A DNA stretch of 64,000 nucleotides from Eledone cirrhosa. Taxonomy: Eukaryota. A program made the position numbers and the translations under genes. The notes beneath the pieces were generated by a model. It was given only the letters and a program-made list of their open reading frames with translations. It was not told where the DNA came from and ran no database searches. Shown one piece after another: positions 1-12,290 of the stretch. The stretch's first letter is position 1, and every line of letters starts with the position of its first letter. The DNA lies in NCBI GenBank assembly GCA_964016885.1, contig OZ024743.1:364436001-364500000 (forward strand), read 5' to 3'.

Positions 1-149
1 TGGATCAAAAACCTTACAAGATATATAATAAACAATAGTATCAGTAGTATTGTTCTGTCAAACATCTAATCAGGAATTTGTTTTTGTCACCGTAAATCTA
101 TACAACCAACAATCATTTATTCATAATAATAGTGAATTGTTATTGATCC

Positions 150-300
150 ATGTGTGTGTATGTGTATGGAGGGGGAACATTAGGTGTAGTGTTGGCGAAT
201 CTCGGGAAGCATGGAGGTTTTAAAGGATGCAGTGTCTCAACAGCTAACAACTGATGCAGGTAGTTTGTTCCATGCTTCAGCAACTCTGAGCGTGAAAAAA
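150..300 (-). mobile_element. CR1/L2-type LINE 3' terminal fragment
   Basis: Near copy of 28580-28725; encodes FFTLRVAEAWNKLPASVVS, the typical CR1 C-terminal FF..RV...WN.LP..VV motif. Confidence 0.75.
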
Positions 301-471
301 TCTGTGTGTGCATGGGATATTTATGTATTAAAAAGTTCAAATTATGGAAATTTGTTAAAAATATTTTCAAAGGAATGCATAAATAACACCAATGATGATG
401 TAATAAATGTAGAATGTTTTGTCAGTAATATAATAAAAGCCGTGTGTATTTATCCATCACAAACTAAAGAT

Positions 472-576
472 AACTGACGAAGAAAGGGGTGATTATGTCG
501 ACTAAGAAGGAAGGGGTGATGACGTTGACTGAATAAGGAAGGGGTGATGACGTTGACTGAATAAGGAAAGGGTGGC
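472..576. repeat. Minisatellite, about 27-28 bp unit (gactgaataaggaaggggtgatgacgtt), about 4 copies
   Basis: Two identical and two degenerate units seen directly. Confidence 0.8.
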
Positions 577-691
577 AGCATTTAACATTTGCTACACCTA
601 TGTGTGTATATGTAAAGCAAATTGGATACACACATTGGCTGTTATGATTATGTGAATGTGTGTGTTTGTGTAAATTATATTTATATATAAT

Positions 692-1490
692 ATTTGGAAT
701 AAACTCTATAGAATGTACACAATGCAGATCTTGGGTACACAAGAGGTATAGTGGGATAGCAGGAAAACTAACAGGAAGGGAAAACTTCATATGCAGTAGA
801 TGTTCAGGGAAATTTGATAGTAAAAGTGGCAGTGATAGGCACATTTTTCAAATGCAGGTAGGATCTATAGAGGTGGTTGATAGCTTCCGATACCTAGGTG
901 ATCAGATTAGCAAGGGAGGAGGATGCTCCAAGGAAATAGTATCTAAAAATAAGGACAGAATGGAAGAAGTTTAGGGAGCTGCTTCCTCTATTGACAACAA
1001 AGAGTTTCTCCTATGAATGAAAGGTTGGTTATATGATGCCTATGTGAGATAAGTGATGCTGCATGGTAGTGAGACAAGGGCACCAACTGAGGAGGATGTG
1101 ACGGCTGGAGAGAAATGAAGCAAACATGCCCCGATGGATGTGCAATATCAATGTGCATGAACGACCAAGCATAGACGAGTTGAGAGTGAAACTATGTATA
1201 AAAGGAATAAACTGTACAGTGCATGAGAAAAGACTGCGTTGGTATGGCCATGTGATGTGCATGGAAGATGACAACTGAGTGAAGAAGTGCCAAGAAATCC
1301 TGGTGGAAGGAAAACGCAGTAGAGAAGACCACGAAAAACATGAGCAGAGGTAGTGAGAGCTGACGTCAGATTGCTGAAGCTCACAAAGGAGACGACGAAG
1401 GACCGTGACGAATAGAGAGATGCTGTGCTGAAAAGGACCTGTCCCACCCTTGCAAGCAAGGAAAAGCGGACATAAAACGAGGATGATGAT
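692..1490 (+). mobile_element. RTE-clade LINE 3' fragment (family A)
   Basis: Cys-rich segment, then EVVDSFRYLGD, RLRWYGHV and GR(P)RKTW motifs with stops and frameshifts; gat-repeat tail. Confidence 0.85.
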
Positions 1491-3285
1491 TTGTGTGAGT
1501 GTATATGTGTTTGTGTGTGTTTATTTAGAAAGATACACAATAGAATAGACAATAGAATTACAAACACACATGAATCTACACATATATATAAAGACACACT
1601 GAGAAAAAATAATTATTACATACACACACATCTATGCGATGACTAAGGAAGGAGAGGGGTGAGAAACTATAGAAATCCAGCGTTCTAAGATTTGTCACAG
1701 CTGTGTGTGTGTATGTTTGTATCACTTGTGTGAGTGAGCGCAAAGGAACCAACCAGCCAGCCAACCAATAAACAAACAAACAAACAAACTCTTTTTTTAT
1801 ATTATGTATAGATATTACAATTAACCATCATTTTTAACAGCACAAAGCCAGATAGTTGTATAATAATCACTCGTGATATTTTAGCACATTATTTACCTAC
1901 AATTTAAAATTGGTAAAACTTGGTAAAATATTTACCATTGATTCTTTTGTCACATGTTTCTCAGCTTATATTCCAGTATATATGGTAAATTATACTCCAA
2001 ATTATACCAAAAAGCAAGATTAATTGATAGAAAGAAGCTTAACATATATATATATAAGCATATAAAAGTTGACTCACAATTCTTTTCCAAAAAATTTGAA
2101 TTTTTTCATGCACCTTATGCAAAAGTTAACTCTAGTTCTTCACTCACAAGACCAAAATTTGTGGATAAAAGTATTCTCCTGAACACAAATGTTATGATCA
2201 AGAAATTAATTTTTTGATGTACATATCAAAACACGTCCTACTAAACCCTTCACTGAGAAATCATAAGATTATATCACTATAATATACGATGGTAGTTGAC
2301 CTGAATTATCTAGATAAACCATTACTCCTAAATCCTGTGGTGATGTGTATGTCTTAGGAAATGTTTAATTTTTGCCTTGTCTGCATGCTAGTCATGTAAA
2401 CAATCATGAGTGGCAACACAACTTGAACAAAATTTATTAAGATTATATTATTACTGGTTCAGTATATCACCATTTTTATATAAGCTAGGTTGATATGTAT
2501 TTACCGGTAGCTCACTATAGTTACCATATCTCTTAATGGGTAGTTACAGTAATTATGGTATATTCCGGCAAATTAAAATCATAAGTCTGCATACCATTTA
2601 CAGATGTAAATACTGTTATAGATCGAAATAGGTTGAATTGCATTAATGATATATTATTACTATCAGTTTCATATTATCAAAATCTTTTAAAGAAAATACT
2701 ACTGATTAATTTTTCCCTTTTCTCAAAAACACTTTGCTCTTGTTTCATAGCATAACAGAATCTAAGAGCTACATGATCCTATGCATGTGTTTCATTAGTA
2801 GAAAGTGTTTTGATGTATAAAAAAATCAGTCACTACAATTGTTAACGTATGTTATCAATACTAATGTTAATAATTTTGGAAATAGATGATGAGGAGATCT
2901 CAATTAGTCAGTAATATAATTGCTATAAACAATCCTAACAGACAAAAAAAAAAAGTATGCCTGCCTATTTAAATGATTGTAGTGTGTCCTAATGATAACT
3001 GATGACTACTTTTTTTTTCAATCGATTTTGAGGAGTTAATTACTATTTTTTTTTCATTTCAATTGCAATAAACATTCCAAACAAACCAAGAAGAACAACA
3101 ATACCTGCCTCTGAATGACTATATATCCTAATGACAAACATTGACTGTTTCCTTTTGTTAAATTCTGCTGTTAATTATCAAACCTTTGTTTTACTTGCAA
3201 ATTACCAACTCGCATGACTTTTAAATACTTTAAACTTCGTTGTGTAATGAATACCATCCTGGATATTATGTAATTGCCAAATAAT

Positions 3286-3472
3286 TGTTTCTACGTTAGG
3301 CACAAGGCCAGCAATTACCCAGTGCATTACTGGTACTTTATTTTATCGACCCTGTAAGGATGAAAGCAAAGTCAACCTCGGCGGGATTTGAACTCAGATC
3401 GTAAAGAGACGTAACTATGCTGGAAAGCATGGCGTCCGACCCTCTACCGATACTGCTAATCCACCGCCCTAA
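3286..3472 (-). mobile_element. Young tRNA-derived SINE
   Basis: A/B-box-like head (gagttcaaatccc) on the minus strand; 18-bp TSD atgtaattgccaaataat (3268-3285 / 3473-3490); close copies at 4376, 5542 and 46001. Confidence 0.85.
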
Positions 3473-3654
3473 ATGTAATTGCCAAATAATGTTACTTTAA
3501 TTATCAAGAGTAAAATTATGCGAGAGCATGAGAATCCTGCAGGAGATGAAGCAAATTCATTAGTCAACTTCTGAAGAGTGAAATAGGTCAACCGTTAGAT
3601 ACTGACTGAACAAAATTACAGATTACAACAGTACCACAACCAACAATGTTGTTG

Positions 3655-3850
3655 TTCTTTGCCTTCTTATTCCAGAGAGCATCGAGGGAACAGAACCCTG
3701 AGACACTTTCCAGAGGGTCCTATCAGAAGCAACTGTCTCCAATTGATCCAACTGAATCCCCAAGTGAGAGCAACTCTGGGTCTCCTGCCATTTGGCTTTC
3801 ACACATAAAATTTTCCCAGCAATTCTTTCCTTGAAAACTCCCTAAAACAT
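3655..3850 (-). mobile_element. RTE 3' fragment (family B)
   Basis: Similar to 49235-49450 and to the reverse complement of 62440-62660. Confidence 0.6.
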
Positions 3851-4322
3851 GAAAATAATTTTCCTTTTATCAACAAGTATGGGAGACAACTCAGAAAATG
3901 CACAGATGTCATTGTACTTGCCAGTGATGAATAAGTAAATCTACAAAAATATACATTGGTTGGTGGGAAAATATTGTTTAGAGATTAGAAAATTCAGAGA
4001 ATCCATCTACATAAAAAAAATAACAGCTATTGAATATTAGCTCTTTTTTTTTATGGAGTATTAAAAAGCTAACTAGAAATAAATATATACAGTGATAAAC
4101 AAGATATTAGTGAATGATTAACATTTTCTTATAGTAAAAGCTATGCTTTGTTGAGGATGTCATAATAAAACAAGACATGTCTGGAGTTGTACCTTTGTAT
4201 TTGCCAGAAAAATGAAAATATCATTACTCATTAAATAATATTTTTTGTCTCAATTATTTCTAACTGGGATTTTTTAATGCTTTCCATGTGGATGACTACT
4301 CTGGACGAAGAACTTAATTTAA

Positions 4323-4735
4323 CCCTTTAGCATTCACATTATTTTATATATACTATTATATTTTCATGGTAAAGGGGCGGTGGATTGGCAGTATCGGTAG
4401 AGGGTTGGACGCCATGCTTACCAGCATAGTTACGTCCCTTTACGATCTGAGTTCAAATCCCGCCGAGGTTGACTTTGCCTTTCATCCTTACGGGGGTCGA
4501 TAAAATAAAGTACCAGTAATGCACTGGGTAATTGCTGGCCTTGTGCCTAAAGTAGAAACAATTATATTTTCATGGTAAAGGCTTTACCGCACATAATTAT
4601 CTCACATAATATCGAATCTATGAGATTTTGAAAGTATTTATTTTGAGAACAATACCTTATCAGTTTGAGCGACCAGTTACAGCCAGTTTCAACAGAAAGA
4701 GGTAGAGAATTCTGGCCGGTTTGAACACTAAAGGG
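4323..4735. mobile_element. piggyBac-type MITE interrupted by a SINE
   Basis: TTAA|CCCTTTAGCATTCA ... TGAACACTAAAGGG|TTAA. Related copies at about 24390-24597, 45200-45380 (reverse) and 51640-51730. Confidence 0.75.
4376..4560 (+). mobile_element. Young tRNA-derived SINE
   Basis: A-box-like tggcagtatcgg, B-box gagttcaaatccc; flanking duplication attatattttcatggtaaagg (4355-4375 / 4561-4581). Confidence 0.87.
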
Positions 4736-5541
4736 TTAAAACAATAGACAAAGGCACAATTATGGCTGTAGTAGTTTGTATCACAGTGGTGAATGCTGTG
4801 AGGATAAATGGAATGAGTTGGTTGGGTAATGGGTTAAAATGGTTGAGAGACGTGACGGAAATGAATGTGAAAGTAAATAGACATTACCAAACATGGAAGA
4901 GGAAATAAAAGCCAGGGAGTTGGTGACAGGAGGGGGGTATATAGGCAAAATGAAGAAGCATGTCATGAGACCTACAAGGTTAACCCCTGCTTTAGCAGGA
5001 AAAATGGCTTTAAAACAGTGTTTTTTCACAATAATTTCAAGTCTTTTCATGGTATGGGCCAAGTGTATTAACACAATTTTCTCGTTTTTTGTGAAAAGCC
5101 TCTTTAATTTCAAACAATATACACAGGTGTTAGTATGAATGTGTGGTAAAGAAGTTCACTTTGCAACCACTTGTTTTGGGGTTCAATCCCACTGCATGAC
5201 ACCTTGGGCAAGTGTCTTCTGCTGACCAAAGCCTGTGTGTGAACTCCATGGACACAAACTCTAAGGAAACCCATTGTAATATATATGTTTGTGTGTATGT
5301 GTACATGCATACTTGTTTCCATGTGTCTTCACATTGCTACTGCTTTGGCAAAAGATGACATTTGTTTATGATCTGCATAAACAATATCTATTGCAGCTCA
5401 GCTCAGTGGTTTCACAAATGAATAAGTTCCTTACTCAAAAGCAAGTAAGAGTTGGCATCAGGAAGAGTATTTGGCCATAGAATTCTGTCTCAAAAAGTCT
5501 CATCAACCCATGCCAGCATGGAAAAAAGCTAATATAATGAT

Positions 5542-5731
5542 AATTGTTTCTACTTTTGGCAGAAGGCCAGGAATTACCCAGTACATTACTGGTACTTTAT
5601 TTTATCGACCCCCGTAAGGATGAAAGGCAAAGTTAACCTTGGCGGGATTTGAACTCAGACCGTAAAGGGACGTAACTATGCTAGAAAGCATGGCAGACAA
5701 CCCTCTACCGATACGGCCAATTCACCGCCCT
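5542..5731 (-). mobile_element. tRNA-derived SINE, same family
   Basis: Reverse-complement copy of 4376-4560 with scattered substitutions. Confidence 0.82.
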
Positions 5732-8700
5732 TTAATTCTTAGTTGTAATAGAAACTAAGTTAAGTATTGAATGTTTTTTTTTTTCATTGAAAAAAATTAT
5801 TCTTATAAGTTGCCAATTTGTTTTTTTCATCACCATATTTGTCATGAAAGATATTGCTTAAGATTTTCAAATTATTCTTTAAATAATCAAGAATTTGGAG
5901 GAATTTACTAATATAAGTAATTCTTATTATGAAACTGGTGCTAGGAACATAAAGGTTCTTACCTAAAATTATGATGGAGAGCTTTTGGATAAATATAAAC
6001 ACTTTAAAATAAACAATTCTGTATCCTAAATCCAAAAAGCCTCGTGTGGTTTGGTACTAAAAAAATTAACAAGTTACATGTATTTAAATCTGTTCAATAA
6101 ATTTTAACATAGCAATCACTAAGTTTTCTAAATCCAATTTCACACTTATCCTTATCAGCAATTAATAGTCAATACCACCCAAGATTTTTTTTTTTTTGCT
6201 TTGGCTCACACTAATGCATGTTTAGTCAGCCTCCTGTGAGTTTAAATCTCATACGAAATTCATTGGGTATTTTAATAATTCGGACTTCACTCCAATCATA
6301 TCACTTTTATCAATGACAGGAGCTAAGATTTAAATTCAGAACACACATACTACAAGACGCTCTGTCTGATGCTCTAACAATTCCACCATTCTACCACTCT
6401 GGACTGGTACTTTATAATTCCCACCAAGATCATCTTTGCCTTTCATCTTTATGAAGGGCAAAGATGACATTGGTGCAATTTTAACTTGGAGCATAGAGCC
6501 AGAACAAGTGCCAGAAGGCATTTAATCCAATGTTCTAATAACTATATTTGAACTCAGAGCACAGAAAACCAGAACAATAAAGCAAAGTATTAATTGAATG
6601 CTCAAATGTGCCAATTGACTGTCTAAATTTGAACCTCACAGCACAGACAGCCAAAACAAATACCACAATACTTTTAATCCAACACTCAGTATGTAACAAG
6701 TATGGCTTAAATATTTAAAGAGATGTTTTAAATAAAAAAGAAAATCATGTCCAGTTTTCCATACTGGCTTGGGTTTGACAGGATGTTTTCAGACAATGTT
6801 TTGTAGCTGTATGCCCTTCCTGAGACTAACCCTTTTAGTTACCCCTTAAAACACACAGGAATACAGTATACATATTCTAAAACCCAAGATACACATGGCA
6901 TAATAGTTTTTTAAATGTCTGGAAAAAACCTTAATGAGAAAGTAGTATTTGACATAATCCTGATATTAAAAGATTAAAAACATTAAAAATGAATAGTTAC
7001 AATACATTTCATTTGATTAATATTTTGAATATCACTTCACAACCACATACTTTCAGATTTAATTCCAGAGTGTGGCCCTTTGGACAAGTGTCTTCTCCTA
7101 TAACCTCAGACTGACCAATGTCATGTGAGTGAAATTTTATAAAAACTGTATGGAAGCGTAGTGTGCGTGATTGTTTTCATATGCTTTCACATTGATACTG
7201 CTTGGGCACTGGTGACATTTGTTTATGTCTTGCAGTTTAGCAATTCAGTATGCAAAAGACCAATGCAATAAATATCTTACTTAAAAAAAAAAAGAAAACA
7301 AGTAAGAGTTGGCATCCAAATAGAAAATTCTACCTAAAAAAGTCTCATTCAACCTATAGAAAATGGACATAATAACAATGATGATGAAGCAGTTCAATGA
7401 TTTATGAATGGTCTATTATTATGCTTAAAATATTTTGAGAAAAGTTTCTAAGGTAAAATGTTTGTAGGCTAAATTCTTTTTTTCTTTTTTGCAAAACATA
7501 CAATTCCCATTTATTTTAAGCCCAAAAGCATCACATGGTTATATGTAAAACAAAATAAGTTCATTTAGAAAAAAGTAATTAAAAATAAAAACTACAATGT
7601 TATAGTGAAGGATCAAGTCACAATGACAAGTATTATTCTAAACTTAATAAACAGAAATACACAAAGTCCATGGAACAACAGATTACAATACCACTACATC
7701 AATAATAGAAAACATTTTAAAACAACAAATGACAAAATGTCCCTTTCCCTCCCCTACAGGCCAATCACCTTTTTTCCATTAACACTCATATACATACTCT
7801 TGCACCATTCAACTTCCTGGCCACCACTGTCCTTCAAAATTAAACTCTTAAACACCTTTGTCTTTAAAGAGTGGAGTCAATGTATAATAAAAAGGACTCT
7901 TCTTGCCATGAAAGAATAAGACCACCACTAGAGTGGTGGCACCATGATAAAATGGATCTAATATACTCCGAAAAGTAGTTAATGATCAAACAGAAACAAT
8001 GTAGGACAAATAGGACTCTTAGTCTTTCAAGTGCAAAGGCCATGATAAAATGCACCCAACACACTTAAGTTGTTGGTGATAGGAAGGACATCCACTGTAG
8101 AGACCATTTCAAAATTGGCCAAATTGGAATGTATGAGCAAGACATTGTCCCCATACCACCCTACCCCAACCTTATTTGGTTACCCAGTTCTTATTTAGAG
8201 TTACCGTTCGAATGCATAACTGAGCTGAAAGAAATACCACAAAGCATCCCATCCAACACATTAATCATTTCATCAATCTAGTGCTCTAAACTGGTATTTT
8301 GTCACCTCCAGAAGAATGGAAAGCAAAACTGACCTTTGCAGGAATTGATGTCAGAATCAAGAACCTGGATTAATTATGTCTACAAATTCACCACTGATAA
8401 GAATAATAAATGAGCTATTCAAAATGGTTATACTACTCTATAATGTAAAGTTAAACATTGATTATTTAGATATATTTCATGAAGTACATCTGAATTACAA
8501 CCACCTGGAGATTCACATGAAAATAGATTTTTTATTTATTTTTGGTAGTTAATATATTAGCAAAAAATTTCAAGCAAACTATGGACAAGACTTTAAAAAA
8601 ATATAACAGAACAGAATGAAAAAAAAATAGTGTTTCAACAAACAAATTTTATCCAGAAATTTCCCTACATATGATACACCATCATTATCATTATTTAGAT

Positions 8701-10929
8701 TTACATCTGTTTCCATGCTGGCATGGGCTATATGAGACTTTTTGAAGTCAGTATTCTAAGGTTTGATGTCCTTCTTGATGCCAATCCCTACTTATTTTTA
8801 AGTGGAGTACTTACTCCACTGATAATCACCTGTTGAACTAAGCTACAGGACAAATTGTTTATGCAATGTCAACAATTTAAACAGAGCAAGAACATCAGTT
8901 TCTATGATCACAGGTGGTGGGTGTGTGGTTATGAAAACCATGGGCACTGCTTTCTTCAAGAACTACCAAGTAAAAAAAAAAATACTAAATCTTGCCCTGT
9001 AAAGTGGTAGTGCGTTTACCACAAAAAACATCCAGTATATCCTGTAAGGGGGTAGTGCTGGTGTCATGAAAAAAAAAAAAAGCAACCTATCTACTCTGTA
9101 CTAGTCCCACAGCAAAAAAGCCCCCAGTTCACCCTGTACAGTGGTTGGCATTAGGAATGTCATCCAATCATAGAAAACCAAGCTAAAATGAAGCATATGA
9201 ACAAGATATTGTCACCTGGCCAGTCTGGCCACATGACAGCTCATCTAACTTATACATGCATGGAAAATAGACATTAAACAGTGATGATGACAATTGTAAA
9301 CTAGATGAAATATTCAAATCATTGTTTCAATCAGTCACCTTTTGATCAACTGTACACATAAATGGATGGAGTAGAAATAAGTTTGTACATGGTGAACTAA
9401 AGATTGATTGAACAAAACCAGGGCTTGGATATGCAGTACTGTATATTATACACATGAACACAAGCACACTAAACAAAAGTCATGTGATTTTAATTTAAGT
9501 AGATGACATATTTAGACATAATACTCATCTATTGAGAAGGTGACACTTGTCTAAGTATTAAGATGTCTTTTGATAAAGTAATTGTACATGCAATTTAGCT
9601 AGCTATATCTATATGCTATTAGTATAAAACACACACACACACATACATAATTAATGTGTCAATGTGTGTAAAACCAGAATTTACTTTGAGAAATATTATC
9701 AAAATCATGCCAAAGAACCAGCAAAATATGACCTCAAATATAAGTTGACTCACCATTTTAACCATCTATTTTTTTTTTGTCACACATTTCTCAGCTTATA
9801 TACAAGTATATAAAGTAAATGCAATGAGACAACCACCCTAACCAATAGGCCATGTATTTTCACAAAACTTTTTAAAATGTAAACCAAATAAAACTACAGG
9901 CTTTATTATTCAGTGACCCCACCCCCATCCCCAAAAACATATAAGCAGATAATAATTGAATTGTTAGAATGGAGATTAAAAGACTTTTACACATATTGCT
10001 GCTGTGATTGATGATGATGATATACATATCACATGTTCAAAGATGATATACATATCACATGTTCAAAGTTTAGAACACAATATGTACAGACAAGTAGTTT
10101 TAGCTTATACTAAGTCCAAAATACTTATAAAGTCGATTAAATTGACCCCAGTGTGTTATTGGTGCTATATTTTATCGATGCAACAGTATGCTGCAAAGTA
10201 TGTTGTTCGATGGTCTGCCAATACTGCCAAATCAATGCCCTTATAATGCACTCATTGTTATCTACTGCAAGATAATATGCATTGTTGGAAGCAAATTCCT
10301 CATTCTTGATTGCATCATAATATATTATCTTTTAACCAATAGTATAGACGTGTGTGTGTGTGTGTTTCTATTGTTAATGCTACATCCAGACACAGTACAC
10401 TTCATCATCATCATCATCACCATCTTCGTTTAACGTCCATCTTCCACGCTAGCATGTGTTAGACTTATATTTAGTTACATTCTATTATGCTAAATTCACT
10501 GTAGATAAGTGATTTTTTTTTAATTCATCCAAAAGCTCTTATAAACAAAGTAATACCAATTATTATTTTTTTTATTACTTAGTCAGGGCGGAGGATAGAG
10601 ACCAGGACCCTTTGCAGGGTCTCTGAAATTGGTGGAAAGAAAGAAGGTATCTTCAATCCAAAGACCTAAACTGCTCAAATGCTTCCAAGGGACTGCTGAT
10701 GGTGTTGAACTGGGCTACGAATTAAGCCTACAACCAAAGTAGGCCATAGCAGGATTTGAACTGACAATGCATCAACATGAAACAAATACCACTAGGCATC
10801 CTATCTAATGATTCTGCCCGTCAACTGCCCTAAACTAGTACTTTATCAACCCCCAAAAAGTTAAACGCAAAATTAACCTCAATGGAATTTGAACATAGAT
10901 TAAATACCACAAGGATTTTTGCTCTAATG

Positions 10930-11239
10930 GAGGGGTGTGCAACATATTCCATAGGTGGGCCACTTTTGAACAACTGTTAGGGCCATTAATATTTATTAAG
11001 CACTATTCCAAAGATTCACCACAACTTCTTTCCATAACATGGAACTGGGAAATTATAACATACATAACCCTACAGTGAAGCCCTTTAGTATAGGTCAACT
11101 AACAGGAAATTGTATTACGTTTACGAAAAAAATTCTAAATAAGCCTACAAGGTAAAAATTAAAAACAGCCATCATGGACCACTCTGACTGGTCTGGCGGG
11201 CTGGATTGTGGTCAGCGAGCTGTCTATTGCATGCCCCTG
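10930..11239. mobile_element. hAT-type MITE
   Basis: Imperfect TIRs gaggggtgtgcaa / ttgcatgcccctg; perfect 8-bp TSD ctctaatg (10922-10929 / 11240-11247). Confidence 0.8.
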
Positions 11240-11729
11240 CTCTAATGCTACAGTCAGTTTTAACATTCATTAAATTATTCCTTTACATACAAAATTTAAA
11301 TCAAATATTTCTATATTTTAAGTTTCAACCTAAGGCCCCTTTCAATTTTCTTTTCAAATCTTTAAATAAATAGATGTGTGGTTAAGTTCACTTCGGGGCC
11401 ATATGGTTTCAGATTTAATCTCACTACATGGCAATTTGAGCAAGTGTCTTCTACTATAGCTTTGATCCAATTAATGCCTTGTGAGTGAATTTAGTAGACA
11501 GAAATTTTAAGGAAGCCCATTGTGTGTATATATTTACATTCAACCAATCCAAGTAGGCATCAAATAGCATGATGACAATTATATATCGTGTAAATGCATG
11601 TGTTAGTCACAATGAACTTCATACTAACATCACAAGCAGTGAAGTTTGTTTATGTCATCCTTAATCAACACATCCTACTCAAAAAATATTAAAAGTTGGC
11701 ATCAAAATGGCCATCCAGCCATAAAAGAA

Positions 11730-12290
11730 AGTCATGTATCTTAGGTAATGACCAAAAGAATACGATCGCAAATACAAGCAGCCAAAATAGGGTTCCTTCG
11801 AAGGGTCTTTAGAGCAATGTTACTCGATAGAGCTCAGAGATCAGAGAGTTGTTCCAGGTAGAGCCACTACTTCTCCAAATTCAGAGATCACAGCTCTGAT
11901 AATATGGGCATGTGGTTAGAATGTCTGAGGAAAGAACCACTGGACAGATTTTATGGGCAAAACCAACCGACAAGAGACCCAAAGGTAGACACCGAGCAAG
12001 ATGGTTGGATAACATCCAGGAGCTCAGCTGGTCTCAGCAATCCAGCTGGATCAGTTGGAGAAGATGGTTGCTTCTGATAGAACCTGATGGAGAAATCTGC
12101 CCCTACAACCCTCTCAGAAATAAATGGGTGAAGAAGAAAGAAGGAAAAAAGAAGATAGAAAGGAAGAAAAAATAAAAATTAAAGAAGAAAAAAGACAAAG
12201 GGGAAAAAGGAAAGAAAAAAAGAAAAAAGGGAGAAAAAAGAAAAAGAAAGAAGAAAGAAGAAAGAAGAAAGAAGAAAAAGAAAAAGTTGA
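11730..12290 (+). mobile_element. RTE 3' fragment (family B) with purine-rich low-complexity tail
   Basis: GHVVRM, RPKGRHRARWLD motifs; followed by an (A/G)-rich tract at 12128-12290. Confidence 0.75.

Noticed and set aside
4376-4470. tRNA gene candidates (also 57580-57650)
   Set aside because: A/B boxes are present, but they are SINE heads with bodies, tails and TSDs; no full cloverleaf is evident.
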